From: an uncultured Planctomycetota bacterium
Lineage (GTDB): Bacteria; Planctomycetota; Planctomycetia; Isosphaerales; Isosphaeraceae
Assembly: GCA_963823665.1 (NCBI GenBank)
Contig: CAWGMQ010000003.1
Span: 256,001 to 320,000, forward strand
DNA length: 64,000 nucleotides
Direction: 5' to 3'
In this document: piece after piece, positions 1 to 11,415 of the stretch
Numbering within the stretch: the first letter of the stretch is position 1
Layout of the letters: each line of letters begins with the position of its first letter
Position numbers and translations under genes: made by a program
Notes under the pieces: generated by a model
Seen by the model: the letters and a program-made list of their open reading frames with translations, nothing else
Told to the model about the DNA's origin: nothing
Databases searched by the model: none

Positions 1-1535
1 CGGGTGAATGTCCCTTCTTCGAGCATGCCCACCGTCAAGTGAGCGAGACCCGCCTGGCCTCCCCGCAGCACGCCCGCGCCACCGGGCAGCACAATCGAAC
101 CCGTCACGGTCGGCAGGTCGCCGCGCGGAAAAACCCAGAGCGGAATCCCACCCGCGAGCTCGATCACCCGCGGCGTGGGGGGCCGGAAGGCACGTGCGGC
201 GGCGCTCCGAGGCGGAACTGAACGATCGAGCCGGGGCAGAGTCGAGCGTTTGCCACGCCCTACGACCGAGAGCTCAACTCGGGGCCGCCCTACCAGATAG
301 CGCTCGGCCACCGCTTGAAGCTCGAAGGGCGTCGCTCGCTCAAACCGGTCGACGTCCAGCGTGATCTGGCCAGGGTCTCCCCGGTAGATGTTGTAAGCGT
401 TCAGACGGTCGGCGACTCCGCCGAAACCGCCGACGTGCTCGAGCGCAAACCAGAACGCCGCAACTCGCAGGCGCTGCACCCGCTTGAGCTCCGGCTTCGA
501 AACGACCTCTCGCGATAGACGGGCCACCTCAAGGTCAATCCATCGCATCGCATCCGCGATTGATCGCGACGGCCGAAGCGTGACGACAATTCCAAAGACG
601 CCGGCCAGCTCGCGGCCCGCCTGATAGGCGGTGACTTCTTGAGCGATCTGCTCTTCCACCACCAGCTTACGATAAAGCCGGCTCGATCGCCCACGTCCCA
701 GAATGTCGCCGAGGAGCAAGAGCGCCGCATCGTCCTCATCAAAGTGCCGAACCGTTGGCCACATCAGGTACAGGCGGTCCAGCTCGACCCGATCGTTGAG
801 GACGATCGGAATCGTGTCGACGAGCGGCCGGGCGGGAGCCCTCGGGCAAGCAGAGCCTTGCGTTCCCCCGGCAATCGGCCCGAAGTAACGCTCCGCCAGC
901 GCGAATGCACGGTCTTCCTCCAGGTCGCCGACCAGCGCCAGGCTCGCGTTGTTCGGCACATAAAACCGGCGGAAGAAGGAACGAACATCTTCCATGCTTG
1001 CACGCTCAATATCCTCCATCACCCCGATCGTCAGCCAGTTGTAGGGGTGCTGCGGGGGGTAGAGCGCTTCTGCGATCAAGAATGAGGCGGATCCGTAGGG
1101 TCGATTGGCATAATTCTGGCGGTACTCGTTTGTTACGACGTCTTTCTGAACGCGGAGCTTGGTCTGGTCGAGGGCGCCCATCAGATGGGCCATGCGGTCT
1201 GACTCCATGGCGATGGCCCGTTCGAGATGGGCCTCGGGCAGGTCGACGTAGTAGTTCGTCCGATCAGACGATGTTGATCCATTGATCTCCGCACCCAGTT
1301 TCTGGAGGTGCTTGAAAAAATCGCCGCGGTAATGCTCCGAGCCCTCGAACATCAGGTGCTCGACCAGGTGTGTGAAGCCTCGCTGGTTGCGCTCCTCGTC
1401 TTTTGAACCAACGTGATACCAAAGATTTACAGCCACGATCGGCCGGTCTGCCTGACGCCGGAAGATGACGTCGAGGCCGTTATCGAGCGTGTGTTTGGAG
1501 AAGCGAAACGCAGCTCGAGAAATGGATTCAGTCAT
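1..1535 (-). CDS. M16 family zinc peptidase (pitrilysin/insulinase-like), runs off window start
   Basis: Hand translation from ATG at 1535: MTESISRAAF..HTLDNGLDV..VNLWYHVGSKDE..GFTHLVEHLMFEGS (inverted HxxEH), NGSTSSDRTNYY; second M16 lobe (GLAHLTVGMLEEGT) near base 1. Not in the ORF track because it has no stop in the window. Confidence 0.9.
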   Translation of the reverse strand, partial: MTESISRAAFRFSKHTLDNGLDVIFRRQADRPIVAVNLWYHVGSKDEERNQRGFTHLVEHLMFEGSEHYRGDFFKHLQKLGAEINGSTSSDRTNYYVDLPEAHLERAIAMESDRMAHLMGALDQTKLRVQKDVVTNEYRQNYANRPYGSASFLIAEALYPPQHPYNWLTIGVMEDIERASMEDVRSFFRRFYVPNNASLALVGDLEEDRAFALAERYFGPIAGGTQGSACPRAPARPLVDTIPIVLNDRVELDRLYLMWPTVRHFDEDDAALLLLGDILGRGRSSRLYRKLVVEEQIAQEVTAYQAGRELAGVFGIVVTLRPSRSIADAMRWIDLEVARLSREVVSKPELKRVQRLRVAAFWFALEHVGGFGGVADRLNAYNIYRGDPGQITLDVDRFERATPFELQAVAERYLVGRPRVELSVVGRGKRSTLPRLDRSVPPRSAAARAFRPPTPRVIELAGGIPLWVFPRGDLPTVTGSIVLPGGAGVLRGGQAGLAHLTVGMLEEGTFT

Positions 1536-1972
1536 GGGAAAGTTCGTCGCCCTAGTCTGGGTTATTCGTTTGCCGGTCACACACAGATGATGGCAAAAGT
1601 AATATTAAGTGCTTTATCGCTTCGGCGGACCAGACCGACTTTGCGCGAACGTTTGTGCCCGCCCTAGCTGCACGGCTGGTTAGGAGGATTGAAAAACGGG
1701 CCACATCGCCGGAGTGTGTGCTCTCTTTTGCGCCTTTCGGACGATACAATCCCACAGACGACCGCAGAGACTTTTGATCATTCCCAGTGGAGCCGGGATC
1801 CAGGCGTCCAGAGCGGGAGCCGGTCAGAACGCGGAGCCGGTCGGCATGTGCCTGGAGACACGATGGCGCTCGGGCCGCTTTTCAAGATCGTAGGACCTCG
1901 TGACCGAACCGGGTCGAACCGATCGCAAGGTCGCGCCGTCGCAAGCCAATTGGCTCTCTACAAGGTCAGGCT

Positions 1973-3149
1973 GTGAACTGGGACGACACCATCATCGACG
2001 CGGCCGCGACTGATACGGGCATGCGTCGCGCAAACAATCAAGACAGCCACACCGCGGTGCGCGCATCTCATGCGGCGGGCTGGCGGCAGCGGGGCCATGT
2101 GTTCATGGTCGCCGACGGGATGGGAGCCCACGCCGTCGGCGAGCTCGCCAGCAAGATGGCCTGCGACTTGATTCCTCACACCTACATGAAAACCCGGGCC
2201 GGCACCCCCTCGGAAGCCATCACCAAGGCATTCCGTGAAGTCAGCTCGCTCATCTACAGCCGGGCTTCGGCGAATCGCGACTTCCAGGGAATGGGCACAA
2301 CCTGCTCGGCGCTCGTCCTGCTCCCGGAAGGAGCGCTCATCTCTCATGTGGGCGATTCGCGGGTCTACCGCATCCGGCGAAACCGCATCGATCAGTTCTC
2401 GTTCGACCACAGCCTGGTCTGGGAGCTGGTGCGGCGCAACCACTTGACCTCGGAGCAGGCCAGCCTGAGCGTTCCCAAGAATGTCATCACCCGCAGCCTG
2501 GGGCCGGAGGTCGACATCGAGGTCGACATCGAGGGGCCGCTGGCGGTCGAGCCCGGCGACGTTTTTCTTCTCTGTTCAGACGGTCTCTCGGGGCCGGTCG
2601 AGGACCCCGAAATCGGCGCATTCGCGGCCAACTTCCATCCTCGCGACGCCTGCCGCTACCTGATCGCTCTGGCCAATCTGCGCGGCGGCCTCGATAACAT
2701 CACGGTTCAAATCGTCCGGATCGGCCCATGGATCGATCCCGATTCGGCCGAGGTGCAAAATCAAGAGACCGGCGAAAGCGGCCGTGGCAAGGGCGGCACT
2801 GCAACGGAGCTTCGGATCGCGCCTGTTCGGTCTTTTCAAGCCGAACCGGCGCGGTTCGACCATGCCGGCGGACGAGGAACATCCCTACCGCACAGCCGAA
2901 TGCACAATCGACGACGCCCTTATCGAACGCCTCGAAGAGCTGACCCGAAGCGCACAGGAGCAGGCGATCGCCCAGGCGTGGTCGGTCGACTGGAGCGCCC
3001 TGGCCACACTGCGCCGCGAGTCCGCCGACTCGCGCTCCACCGGCAATCGCCGGACCGCACTCCGCAAGCTCGGCGAGATCATGACCCTCCTGGGCGAAGC
3101 CGCTCGATTCTTTCGCAAAACCGCCGGCACTACCCCATTCTATCATTGA
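1973..3149 (+). CDS. PP2C-family Ser/Thr protein phosphatase (frameshift near 2790)
   Basis: Motifs GMRRANNQD, VADGMGAH, GMGTT, HVGDSRVY, ITRSLG, LCSDGL, GGLDNITV; C-terminus continues in ORF 2784..3149. Confidence 0.88.
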
Positions 3150-4856
3150 TTCCGGCATCCGGCCCAGGCAGCGGTCGAAGGTTGCGACCACGATCGAGAA
3201 GAGCCCGGTTGCCAGGCGCGCCATGAATCGCTGCCCAGAGAAAGCAGCCCATCCAGACATCCGCCGGCGAGCCCGGCATGTTGTGCGGCCCCGCTGCGAC
3301 GGTCAGTGTCGCGAACAATCGTTCCGTAGAAGCGGAGTGCCCATGATCACAGGCACGATGAAGCGATCGTTCACGCTCGCAGGCACCATCAGGGAGAGGA
3401 CCAGCGCCGGCCAGCCGATCGCAAGCAGCACCAGGGCGCCCACGCACAGCGCCACGGCACGCTCGAGCCTGCTCTGCCAGGTGGCCAGCGCGAGCCCCAG
3501 GCTGACGACCAACGCACTGAATGCCAGCAAGAGTCCCAGGAAATTCAGGTAGGAAAACCAGTGCCCACTCTCACAGGCCAGGAAAAACGTCGTCAAGGCG
3601 GGCGCAAAGAGCAGTTGCGGAACGGTCCGGAATGATCCCAGCCATTTCCCCTGCACCACCGACCGCGTCGAGATCGGCGTCGAGAGCAGAATGTCCAGGC
3701 TGCCACGCACCCGCTCTTCAACCAGGCTCGTGCACGCGTTGACGGCGAGCAATAGCAAGCCGAGATTGACCTGGAACACATTCATGATCGCGATCATGTC
3801 GCGGTTCGTGTTCCCGGAGACGACGCTGCTGAATGCCAGCACCACAAAGACGATCCCCATCCCCCAGTACACCATCCAGACGAGGCGCATGAAGCGCGAC
3901 GGCTTCGATCGATACCATTCGCGCCAGAAGACCGGGTTGCCGTCGAGCGACGGCCCCGGCAGCAACGGCCGCTTAGGCTTCACAGTCCGAGCGGCAAACC
4001 ACGGGCGGCGAGTTCTGGTCGGGCGCAGATTGAATCGCGTCTGAGCGACCCGGCGAATCCGGATCGTTGCCAGGCACACCAGGATGCCCGAGATGATCAG
4101 GCAGCCCGCCAGGAAAGCCAGATACATGAGCAGGCTCACGTTCCGCGACCAGAGAGTCGGAGCCCACACGAGGTAGAACGGATTCATGCCATCGATCAGG
4201 TCCATCACCGGCCCCGCGTAAAACGGCAACGACGACCATCCGAGGCCGCTCCACACTAACCCGGTGAGATACCGGCAGAAGAGCCAGAGGGTGATGATCA
4301 AATAGGTGAGCATCAACACATCCTGTGGCTTCCGGCCCCAGACCGACAGCGTGATCGCCAGCGAGCAGCCCAGCACCGCGCACCCAATCGCCGCCAGGAA
4401 CGACCCGAACACAGCGTTCGGGTCGATCCCTCCCAGAAGCGCGGAAATCGCCATGAGCGGCAAGACGCAGGCGACCAGTGAGAGCACCGGCACCAGGCGC
4501 ACTCCCAGCTTCCCGAGCACGATCTCGGCATTTGAGAGGTCTGTGGTCAGCATGTGGTCGAGCGTGCCGCGCGTCTTGTCCAGGCAGATGGCGCCCGCTG
4601 TCGTCGCCGGCGCCACCAGCAGCACGACCGCCAGCTCGATCGAGACAATCGTCAGATAAAGGTGTTGTCCAAAACGCGCCAGCTCGTTACGCGTGATCGT
4701 CGGGCCTGCTCCAGGATTCCCCCGATCGGTCCACAACGTGAAGTACATCCCCGCCAGAATCGCGAGCACAAACCCCGCGCGCACCGCGTAGAGTTGCCAC
4801 CGCCTCGTGGTCAATAACCACTCGTATGCGAAGACCGGTCCTGCCCCAAGCCGCAC
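3150..4856 (-). CDS. ABC-2-type transporter permease (planctomycete type); 3' end frameshifted and approximate
   Basis: GTG start at 4856 (MRLGAGPVFAYEWL); duplicated EK/ER..RGTLD.LL.T.LS..IV.GK motif; many TM helices; C-terminal TFDRCLGR in another frame. Confidence 0.75.
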
Positions 4857-5103
4857 GTCGCGTCCTCTGCAATGGAGAAACTCAAGGTCGCCATCGAGTC
4901 GTCCCTGTCCGCCATTCTCGTCGAGAGATCGGACGTTTGTCAAACGCCATGCCGTGCGCACCTTGTCCTGTCGGCAGTCGTGGGGCTCCGTTTCAAAGCA
5001 GGAGCTTCGGGTCCTTGTCATTTCGCTTTGGGTTCTGGCATCGTAGAGCGCTTTTGACAACCACTTTCGAGTCACGGTTCTTCGATCACCACAAGGGCAA
5101 ACC

Positions 5104-6296
5104 ATGTCATCGAACGAGCGACCTCTTGAGCCTGCGACCCTGTGTGCGAGGGCGCCGGCACCGGCCCCATCGACCAGCCGGCCGCTCATTCCGCCGCTCG
5201 ACCTGAGCGTGGTGTACTGCCCGGCTGATCTTGACCACGTGGATGCGTTGAACACGGGAACGAAGGAGGGCTTCATCTATGCCCGCGACGGCCACCCCAA
5301 CGCCGCCCAGCTTGCCGAGAAGATGGCTCGTCTCGAAGGCGGCGAAGCGGGGCTCGTGTGTGCTTCGGGTATGGGTGCGATTGCCGCCGTTTTCCTGTCG
5401 CTTCTTTCGCAGAACGATCATGTGCTGGTCGCGAGTGGAATTTACGGTAAAACGACGGCACTCGTCGCCCGGCTGCTTCCCCGATGGGGTATCTCGCACG
5501 ATCTGTTCGACGCAGCCGACGTGGCATCGCTGCGATTGCGGTTGACCCCGAACACGCGTCTGGTCTTCGTGGAGACCATCTCGAACCCGTTGCTTCGGAT
5601 TGCTGACCTGGAAAGCCTGGCCGAAGTCGCCGCGAGCGCCGGAGTTCCTCTGGTGGTCGACAACACCTTCGCCCCCCTGCTCTGCCGGCCGATTGCGCGA
5701 GGCGCTGCTTGGTGGTGCATTCCGCGACCAAGATGATCGGCGGCCATAGCGATCTCACGCTCGGCGTGCTCGTCGGCCCGCGCTCCATGATCGACTCGAT
5801 CCGGACGGTGGCCTCGACGCTCGGACAGACCGGCAACCCGTTCGAAAGCTGGCTGGCCTTACGCGGGCTGGCGACGCTCTGCGTGCGGATGGAGCGCGCG
5901 AGCCGCACGGCGCTCGAGCTCGCCCGGCGCTTCGAACATCACAATCAGGTCAGTCGCACGTTCTATCCCGGCCTGGAGTCGCACCCGGAGTTCGCCCTGG
6001 CAGGGCGCTTGCTCGACGGGGGCTTTGGCGCGATGGTCACGATCGACCTGGGCAGCCGCATCCGTGCCGAGTCGTTCATCAAGAATCTGGCGTCGTCGAT
6101 CCCCTTCGCCCCCAGCCTGGGCGACGTTCAAACGACGCTGAGCCATCCTGCGACAACCAGCCACCGCGGTCAGGACGAAGCTCAACTGGCCGCGCAGGGA
6201 TTGACCGCCGGCATGGTGCGGCTTTCGGTGGGGCTCGAGGATCCGGGGGATCTGTGGTCAGAGTTTCGCGGGCCGCTGGATGGGCCTGGAAGTTGA
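5104..6296 (+). CDS. Cys/Met metabolism PLP-dependent enzyme (cystathionine gamma-synthase/lyase family), frameshift near 5700
   Basis: YARDGHPN, ASGMGAI, ETISNP, VVDNTFA, HSATKMIGGHSD (PLP lysine), SLGDVQT, VRLSVGLED across ORFs 5104..5736 and 5709..6296. Confidence 0.9.
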
Positions 6297-6305
6297 GGTT
6301 CGCGT
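6108..6305 (+). repeat. 198-bp direct repeat copy 1 (3' end of the PLP-enzyme gene)
   Basis: Ungapped hand alignment with 9350..9547: 177/198 identical. Confidence 0.95.
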
Positions 6306-6335
6306 TTAATACGGTGACAAGCGCGATGCCCATGA

Positions 6336-6404
6336 CCACGCTCGTGAGAGCGTGGTTCGGACGGGACGAACGTCCTCCAGCCTCGGGCGTAAGCCCGATC
6401 CGCG
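6336..6404. repeat. Two short intergenic hairpins, REP-like
   Basis: ACCACGCTC-GTGA-GAGCGTGGT, and CTCGGGCGTAAGCCCGATCCGCG (6382-6404), which recurs identically at 56152-56174. Confidence 0.7.
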
Positions 6405-6487
6405 GTCGAGATGGTCGGACTTACGTGTGATTATTACAATGAAGTGGAAGGACTCGGAAGCGCCGATTTTCGTGCGGAGGCTTATTC

Positions 6488-6976
6488 GTGGAATCACTCA
6501 AGGAATTCATCGCATCGCAGGCTGAAAAGCTGCGAAACGAGGAGTCGCAGGCGGCGGATAGGTGTAGCGAATGGGTCGCCGCTGTCGATCGGCTCAACCA
6601 GCAAATCATGGCGTGGCTGACCGATGCAGACCCGGATCACGCAATTCTCGAGGTGCGCGAAACTCCTTACCAACTTCGGGAGGAAGGTATTGGAAGCTAC
6701 GAGGCTCGTGGACTTACCATCCGCGCGGGACGGCGCGCGCTTCGTGTGGAGCCGATCGCGCGGAATGTAGCGGGACCACTTTCGTCAACCGGTGTCATCC
6801 ACGTCAGTCGAGCTTACGGGCGAGTGGACCTGACCGATGGCTTGCAAAAATTCATGATCTTCAGGATAGAAAAAGTCCCAGACGATCGGTGGAGTATCAT
6901 AGAGCAGGATGGGTTCCGGATGCAGGCTTTCGACCAGGTCGCGTTCGAGGGAGCTTTCAAGGCCCTGCTTGAATGA
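6488..6976 (+). CDS. Hypothetical protein (162 aa), translationally coupled to the next gene
   Basis: GGAGG RBS before GTG; protein-like composition; ATGA overlap with 6973. Confidence 0.8.
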   Translation: MESLKEFIASQAEKLRNEESQAADRCSEWVAAVDRLNQQIMAWLTDADPDHAILEVRETPYQLREEGIGSYEARGLTIRAGRRALRVEPIARNVAGPLSSTGVIHVSRAYGRVDLTDGLQKFMIFRIEKVPDDRWSIIEQDGFRMQAFDQVAFEGAFKALLE

Positions 6977-7524
6977 TCGACCTCGAAGATGCTTGGACGT
7001 GGTATGTCACGACCCGGAAGCAGCTACGACTGTTCGGCCGGCTCGGCCGGAAACATTGGGATAAGCTGCCGTGGGATGGCAAGCTCGGCGAAGACGATGC
7101 CCTGAAGAGCCTCGAGTCGGAATCGGTCGTCACCGGCTCGGCCTTCTGCTTGGAACATCTCGACGACTTCGCAGTGCTCATCCTTTTTTCCGTGTTCGAA
7201 TCCATCGTGCGGGCTCAAGTTCTCTCCGAAGTCGAAGACGAGAAGAGTCGGTTGCGCCATGCGCTCATCATTCAGATTGTGACCGACGCCACAGATGAGA
7301 TCGAGCACGGCAGTTTCCACCGCGTGCTTCGGGTGTTTAGAGGGCTCGATGCGAATCTTACCGAGGAAGTCAGTCAAGTACGAAGGTATCGCAATTGGGT
7401 GGCGCACGGACGCCGGACTGCGAAGCCGGAAGCCGTTGATCCTGAGACGGCTTTCCGACGCCTGAAGGAGTTCCTTGATGCGCTGGGGATGGGCTCGGCT
7501 AATGGCGGCACAACACATAACTGA
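6973..7524 (+). CDS. Putative HEPN-domain protein (183 aa)
   Basis: Helical protein with LILFSVFESIVR and C-terminal RRYRNWVAHG (Rx4H), the HEPN RNase signature arrangement. Confidence 0.6.
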   Translation: MIDLEDAWTWYVTTRKQLRLFGRLGRKHWDKLPWDGKLGEDDALKSLESESVVTGSAFCLEHLDDFAVLILFSVFESIVRAQVLSEVEDEKSRLRHALIIQIVTDATDEIEHGSFHRVLRVFRGLDANLTEEVSQVRRYRNWVAHGRRTAKPEAVDPETAFRRLKEFLDALGMGSANGGTTHN

Positions 7525-9021
7525 CCGCCAGCTTCACCGCGACAGCCGGGACCGGATCGGCGGGCTGTTAGAGTTTGCCTTTGCGCTCAGCGCCTCACTG
7601 CTGGCTTTTGCGGCCGTCATATCAGCGCCGGCCTCTGTGAATGGAGCCGTGTGGTTTGCGCGAGCGAAGGCATCCGGAGACGGCACGAGCCGGGCCAGCC
7701 CGATCGGCTCATCCACCGGACTCGACACCGTCACCAGACCCGGCGACATGATCATTCTACTGGCGAATGACGACCCGTTTGACGGCGGCGTGACGCTCAA
7801 AGCGGGCCAGACGCTCATCGGTCACGCGGAGGCCGGTCCCAAACCCGCGATCACGAATTCGAATGCCGAGCGCAACGGCGGCAACGGCGTCGTGCTGGCC
7901 GACGACTGCAAAGTCATCGACATACGCATCGAACGAACAAGGGCGAGCGGAGTCTTCGGACTCGATGTCTCGGGCACCTGCCTGGTCGGCGTCGACGTCG
8001 ACGGCGCCAATCAATCCGCCGGCCTCACGACAACTGAGGTGAGTCTGCTCGGGCGGATCTCGAATGCCGGCATCCTGTTCATCGCGGCTCGACCCGGAAA
8101 GGTCTCCGAGAATCGCCTCCTGCGATGCCGCGTCATGAACGCCGCCGGCATCGGTATCGGCGCCTTCGCGCTCAAGGGAGGGCAAACCCGGCTGGTTATC
8201 AGCCACAGTCGCGCCGAGGGTGGGGCCCTGATACCTCCACTGTTCGACATGGGAGTCGTGGCATTCGCCGATGGGAGGGCCTCGGAGTCCGCTCTGGAGA
8301 TCAGGGACAGCGTCGCCTCGGGCCGCATGAGCCAGCAGGGCGCAACATCCTTGCCTTCGCCGCCGCCGGAGCGAAGGCCAAGGCCCGCATCGAACGATCG
8401 GTGTCGGGTGAATCGGGCCAGGATGGCGTCATTGCTGTGGCGGCGATGGTCCCCGCCACGGTCGAGATGGAGATCCGAGACTCCACGCTCGAGAAAGCGG
8501 CCCAGATGAACCTCGAGGGGACGATCCTCGACCTACCCCCGTCTGATCCCGACCGGGCCGATCAGAGCCTTGTCTCGATCGACGTCGAAGGGAGTGTGAT
8601 CCGGGATGCCGGGTTTGTGGATGGATTTCGGGGCGAGGCCCAGAACATCTGGCTGGCGCCGTCGGTCCTTGCCGGCGGGCCATTCGCCAGGGGCCGCTAT
8701 CGTCTCGCAGTCCGCGACTCGATCGTGGAGAAGGCCCTCAAAGGCGGCATCGCCGTTGGCAACGCCGGCTCGGATTTCAAGATTGGAGCCGACGAGGGTC
8801 AGTACGAGGTCCGGCTGCGCGACAACACGATCCGGGATAACGGCACCTGCGAGATTGCCATCGCCGCGGCAATTGCCCGCGTCGACGCACGCGGGAACTT
8901 CTGGGGATCGCCATCGGGGCTCGCCAACGACCGCATCATCCTGCTCGATGCGGCGCGGCGGTCGCAGATCGATGCTTCGGAGCCGCTCGCTCGCCCAGAG
9001 GAGCGGTTGAGATCCAAGTAG
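7502..9021 (+). CDS. Secreted right-handed beta-helix-like protein (frameshift near 8340; start approximate)
   Basis: Hydrophobic signal segment, then GDGTSRASP..PGDMIIL..GGVTLKAGQTLIG and ARGNFWGSPSG; ORFs 7475..8509 and 8125..9021 join. Confidence 0.6.
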
Positions 9022-9349
9022 TGCGCGTGGCGGAGGGTGGCTCCTTGTGCCGCGCCGCAGGCTCGTGCGGTGGAGTAACTTGCAGGGACCGACAACCACG
9101 GCGAACCCGGGGGGCAACGGCACCAGCGTGTCATCTGACGTCAATTTTAGACGCTGGATCGTGGCGTACCGCAATCCCGCGAAGGTGGGATTTGACCCCA
9201 CCGAGCTCAAGCTCTCCGATAAGGCTCAGGTTCGGTAGGCGGGTTTTCGTTCACGAAGCGAGACTCAATCCCCCGATCGATTCTCGTCGCGATAACGCTC
9301 CGGTCATTCCGCATGCAGTCAGTCCTCCCCGTACCGCCGCAAGCACGCT

Positions 9350-9547
9350 GCCCCCAGCCTGGGCGACGTTCAGATGACGCTCAGCTATCCGGCGACAACC
9401 AGCCACCGCGGTCAGGACGAAGCCCAGTTGGCCGCCCAGGGATTGAGCTCCGGCATGGTGCGGCTTTCGGTAGGGCCTGAAGAGCCCGAGGATCTGTGGT
9501 CGGAGTTTCGCGGGGCGCTGGATGGGCTTGGAAGTTGAGGTTCGCGT
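9350..9547 (+). pseudogene. Displaced 3' fragment of the Cys/Met PLP-enzyme gene (direct repeat copy 2)
   Basis: Reads APSLGDVQMTLSYPATTSHRGQDEAQ..GLGS* with no upstream part; 89% identical to 6108..6305. Confidence 0.9.
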
Positions 9548-9746
9548 CGAACATGCCTGGCAGCGCGCATTCGACGACTCCACGCGCGGCCAGGCGAACG
9601 ACCGAGGACTTCACCAGTGACCAGGAAGCAGGCTGGGCGAACAGCGGCACGTCGGGCAGCCCGGCTCGTTCGACCCTTCTTTCAGGTTGGGTGTCTGGGT
9701 CCTCTGACCGACGAGAGAGTCGAGGCCGCGATCCTCGGCAATTCCA

Positions 9747-11285
9747 TCATTCCGCATGCCGCTGCTGTTTGGTCCCGTGCCGGCGCAGCACTTCCATGAC
9801 AGGTTCGGTCCCCCTGGTAACATCTGGGATCTTTGCGCCGGATTTGAGCAAGGTCTCGACTGTAGCGGCATAATCTCCCGTGCTTGAGTGCCAGCCGTGC
9901 TCGGAGCCGTGCATCGCCCAGCCGAGCGGCGTGCCCTGAAAGTCCGCGTCGGTGACCTCCAGCGGTGGGCTGAAGCGCAGGATGGTCTTGGCCATCGCGT
10001 CGTTGCCATGGAAGGCCGCCCAGTGCAGCGGCGTGGCCTGGTGTTGCCCCGCGCGTCCACGGGCCAGCCACACTCGAGCATGAGGCGAACGACTTCGGTC
10101 TCATTGTTGCGCGCGGCGTGCGCCACCATTCGGCGGTCGGCTTCGCTCAGACCGTCAACGACGTTTAGATTCTCGCGCCGGATCGCCAGCGCTTTTCCTC
10201 CTCGCCCATCCAGCACGCTTCGATGAGCTTGACATCGGCCGGGCTGTGCTCCTCAAGCAGTGGAAGGACATCGTCGTGGCCGAACTTCCTGGCGACTTGA
10301 TGTGGTGAGACGTACCAACCCAGCTTCCACTGATAGATCGTGCCGCCCGATTTGGGATTGACCATGGGGAAGAATTGCTCGCTGACACGCATCCGGATAC
10401 AGTCCGGATTCGCCTCGAGATGGCGGCGAGCGAGCTCCAGGTCGCCGAGCGCCGCCGCCATGAGCAAGTCGGTCTGGCAGCCGCGGGCGACCAGGTATCG
10501 GGCTACGTCGAGGCGTTCGTCCAGCATCCATTGCGCGGGAGTCGACTCGTGGTCCAGATCGCGTGTATCGATGTGAGCTCCGTGGTCGAGCAGGTATCTG
10601 GCAATCTCGACCGAGGCCGCGAAATGAAGCGGCGTCTGGCCATCGCCGCCGCGGGCATGGACAAGCTCCGGGTCAGCTTTGACCAGGTCACGAAGTCGAT
10701 CGAGCAAGCCCAGCCGCGCCGCGGCGTGAACGTCCACGGTCGCTCCGCGCTCGATCGCATAGGCCGCTAACTCGGTACTGGCCGAGTGCAGCAGCCCGAA
10801 GCCGCCCGCCCACCAGCGGCTCTTGGCGTTCAGATTCGCGCCAAAGGCCAGCAGTACATCGAGCATCTCCTTGCTGCGAACGTTGGTGATCACCGGTGAG
10901 TCAAAAGGTCCCAGCGGCTCGTCGATCTGCGCTCGCAGCACGGGGTGGGCCTCGAGTAAGCGCCAGCGCCCGCGGCATCGTCGCTTCGTATGGCCTGTGT
11001 GAATTGTTCGACGAGACGCTCCGCACCGGGCGCGAGCGACTCGACGTGGGCCTTCAGCTTGGGCCAACTGGTAAAACCATACTCACGCGCGATGACGAGC
11101 TGCGCGCCACTGAGCGTGAAGCGAAACGTCTGGATCTCGTGGACCGACGATCCCGCAAGCCGAGGATGATTGGCCTGAATACGCTCGAGCGCCTTTGGGT
11201 CTCCGGCCTTGTGAGCCTTCTTGAGGTCTTTGGCCTGATTCTTGAGCTGGTCGAGGTTGGGACGCTCTGGCAGTGGCGTTGCCAT
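9747..11285 (-). CDS. Ankyrin-repeat protein with N-terminal LPERPNLDQLKNQAK helical domain (several frameshifts)
   Basis: ORF pieces 10890..11414, 10165..11067, 9611..10216 and 9747..10073 give GQTPLHFA, ATPLHWAAFHG, GTPLGWA; SD GGAAGGAG before ATG at 11285. Confidence 0.85.
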
Positions 11286-11289
11286 CAGG

Positions 11290-11415
11290 AACACTCCTTC
11301 CGTTGATGCCTGTTGTCCGCAGTTCAGGCCGAAAGAAGGTTCGCTGCTATCAACGTATTGTCTGACGAGTGGACTCTGTCCTTCCCGCGGACCGGGCGCG
11401 CCTCGCACGCGCACG
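11290..11415 (-). promoter_or_regulatory. Candidate structured 5' leader RNA of the ankyrin gene
   Basis: On the minus strand: GUCCGCGG/CUGCGGAC, GAAGG/CCUUC, GCCUG/CAGGC, CGUUGAU/AUCAACG and a GCGCGU/GCGCGC hairpin within ~125 nt ending at the SD. Confidence 0.5.

Noticed and set aside
1789..1842. Three GGAGCCGG copies in the divergent intergenic region
   Set aside because: Short, GC-rich and irregularly spaced; plausible by chance.
5690..5740. Programmed ribosomal frameshifting in split genes
   Set aside because: No slippery sites seen, and the breaks are scattered over unrelated genes, consistent with sequencing indels.
9047..9238. 63-aa ORF in the islet
   Set aside because: Could be a C-terminal gene fragment, but it has no RBS or recognisable family.
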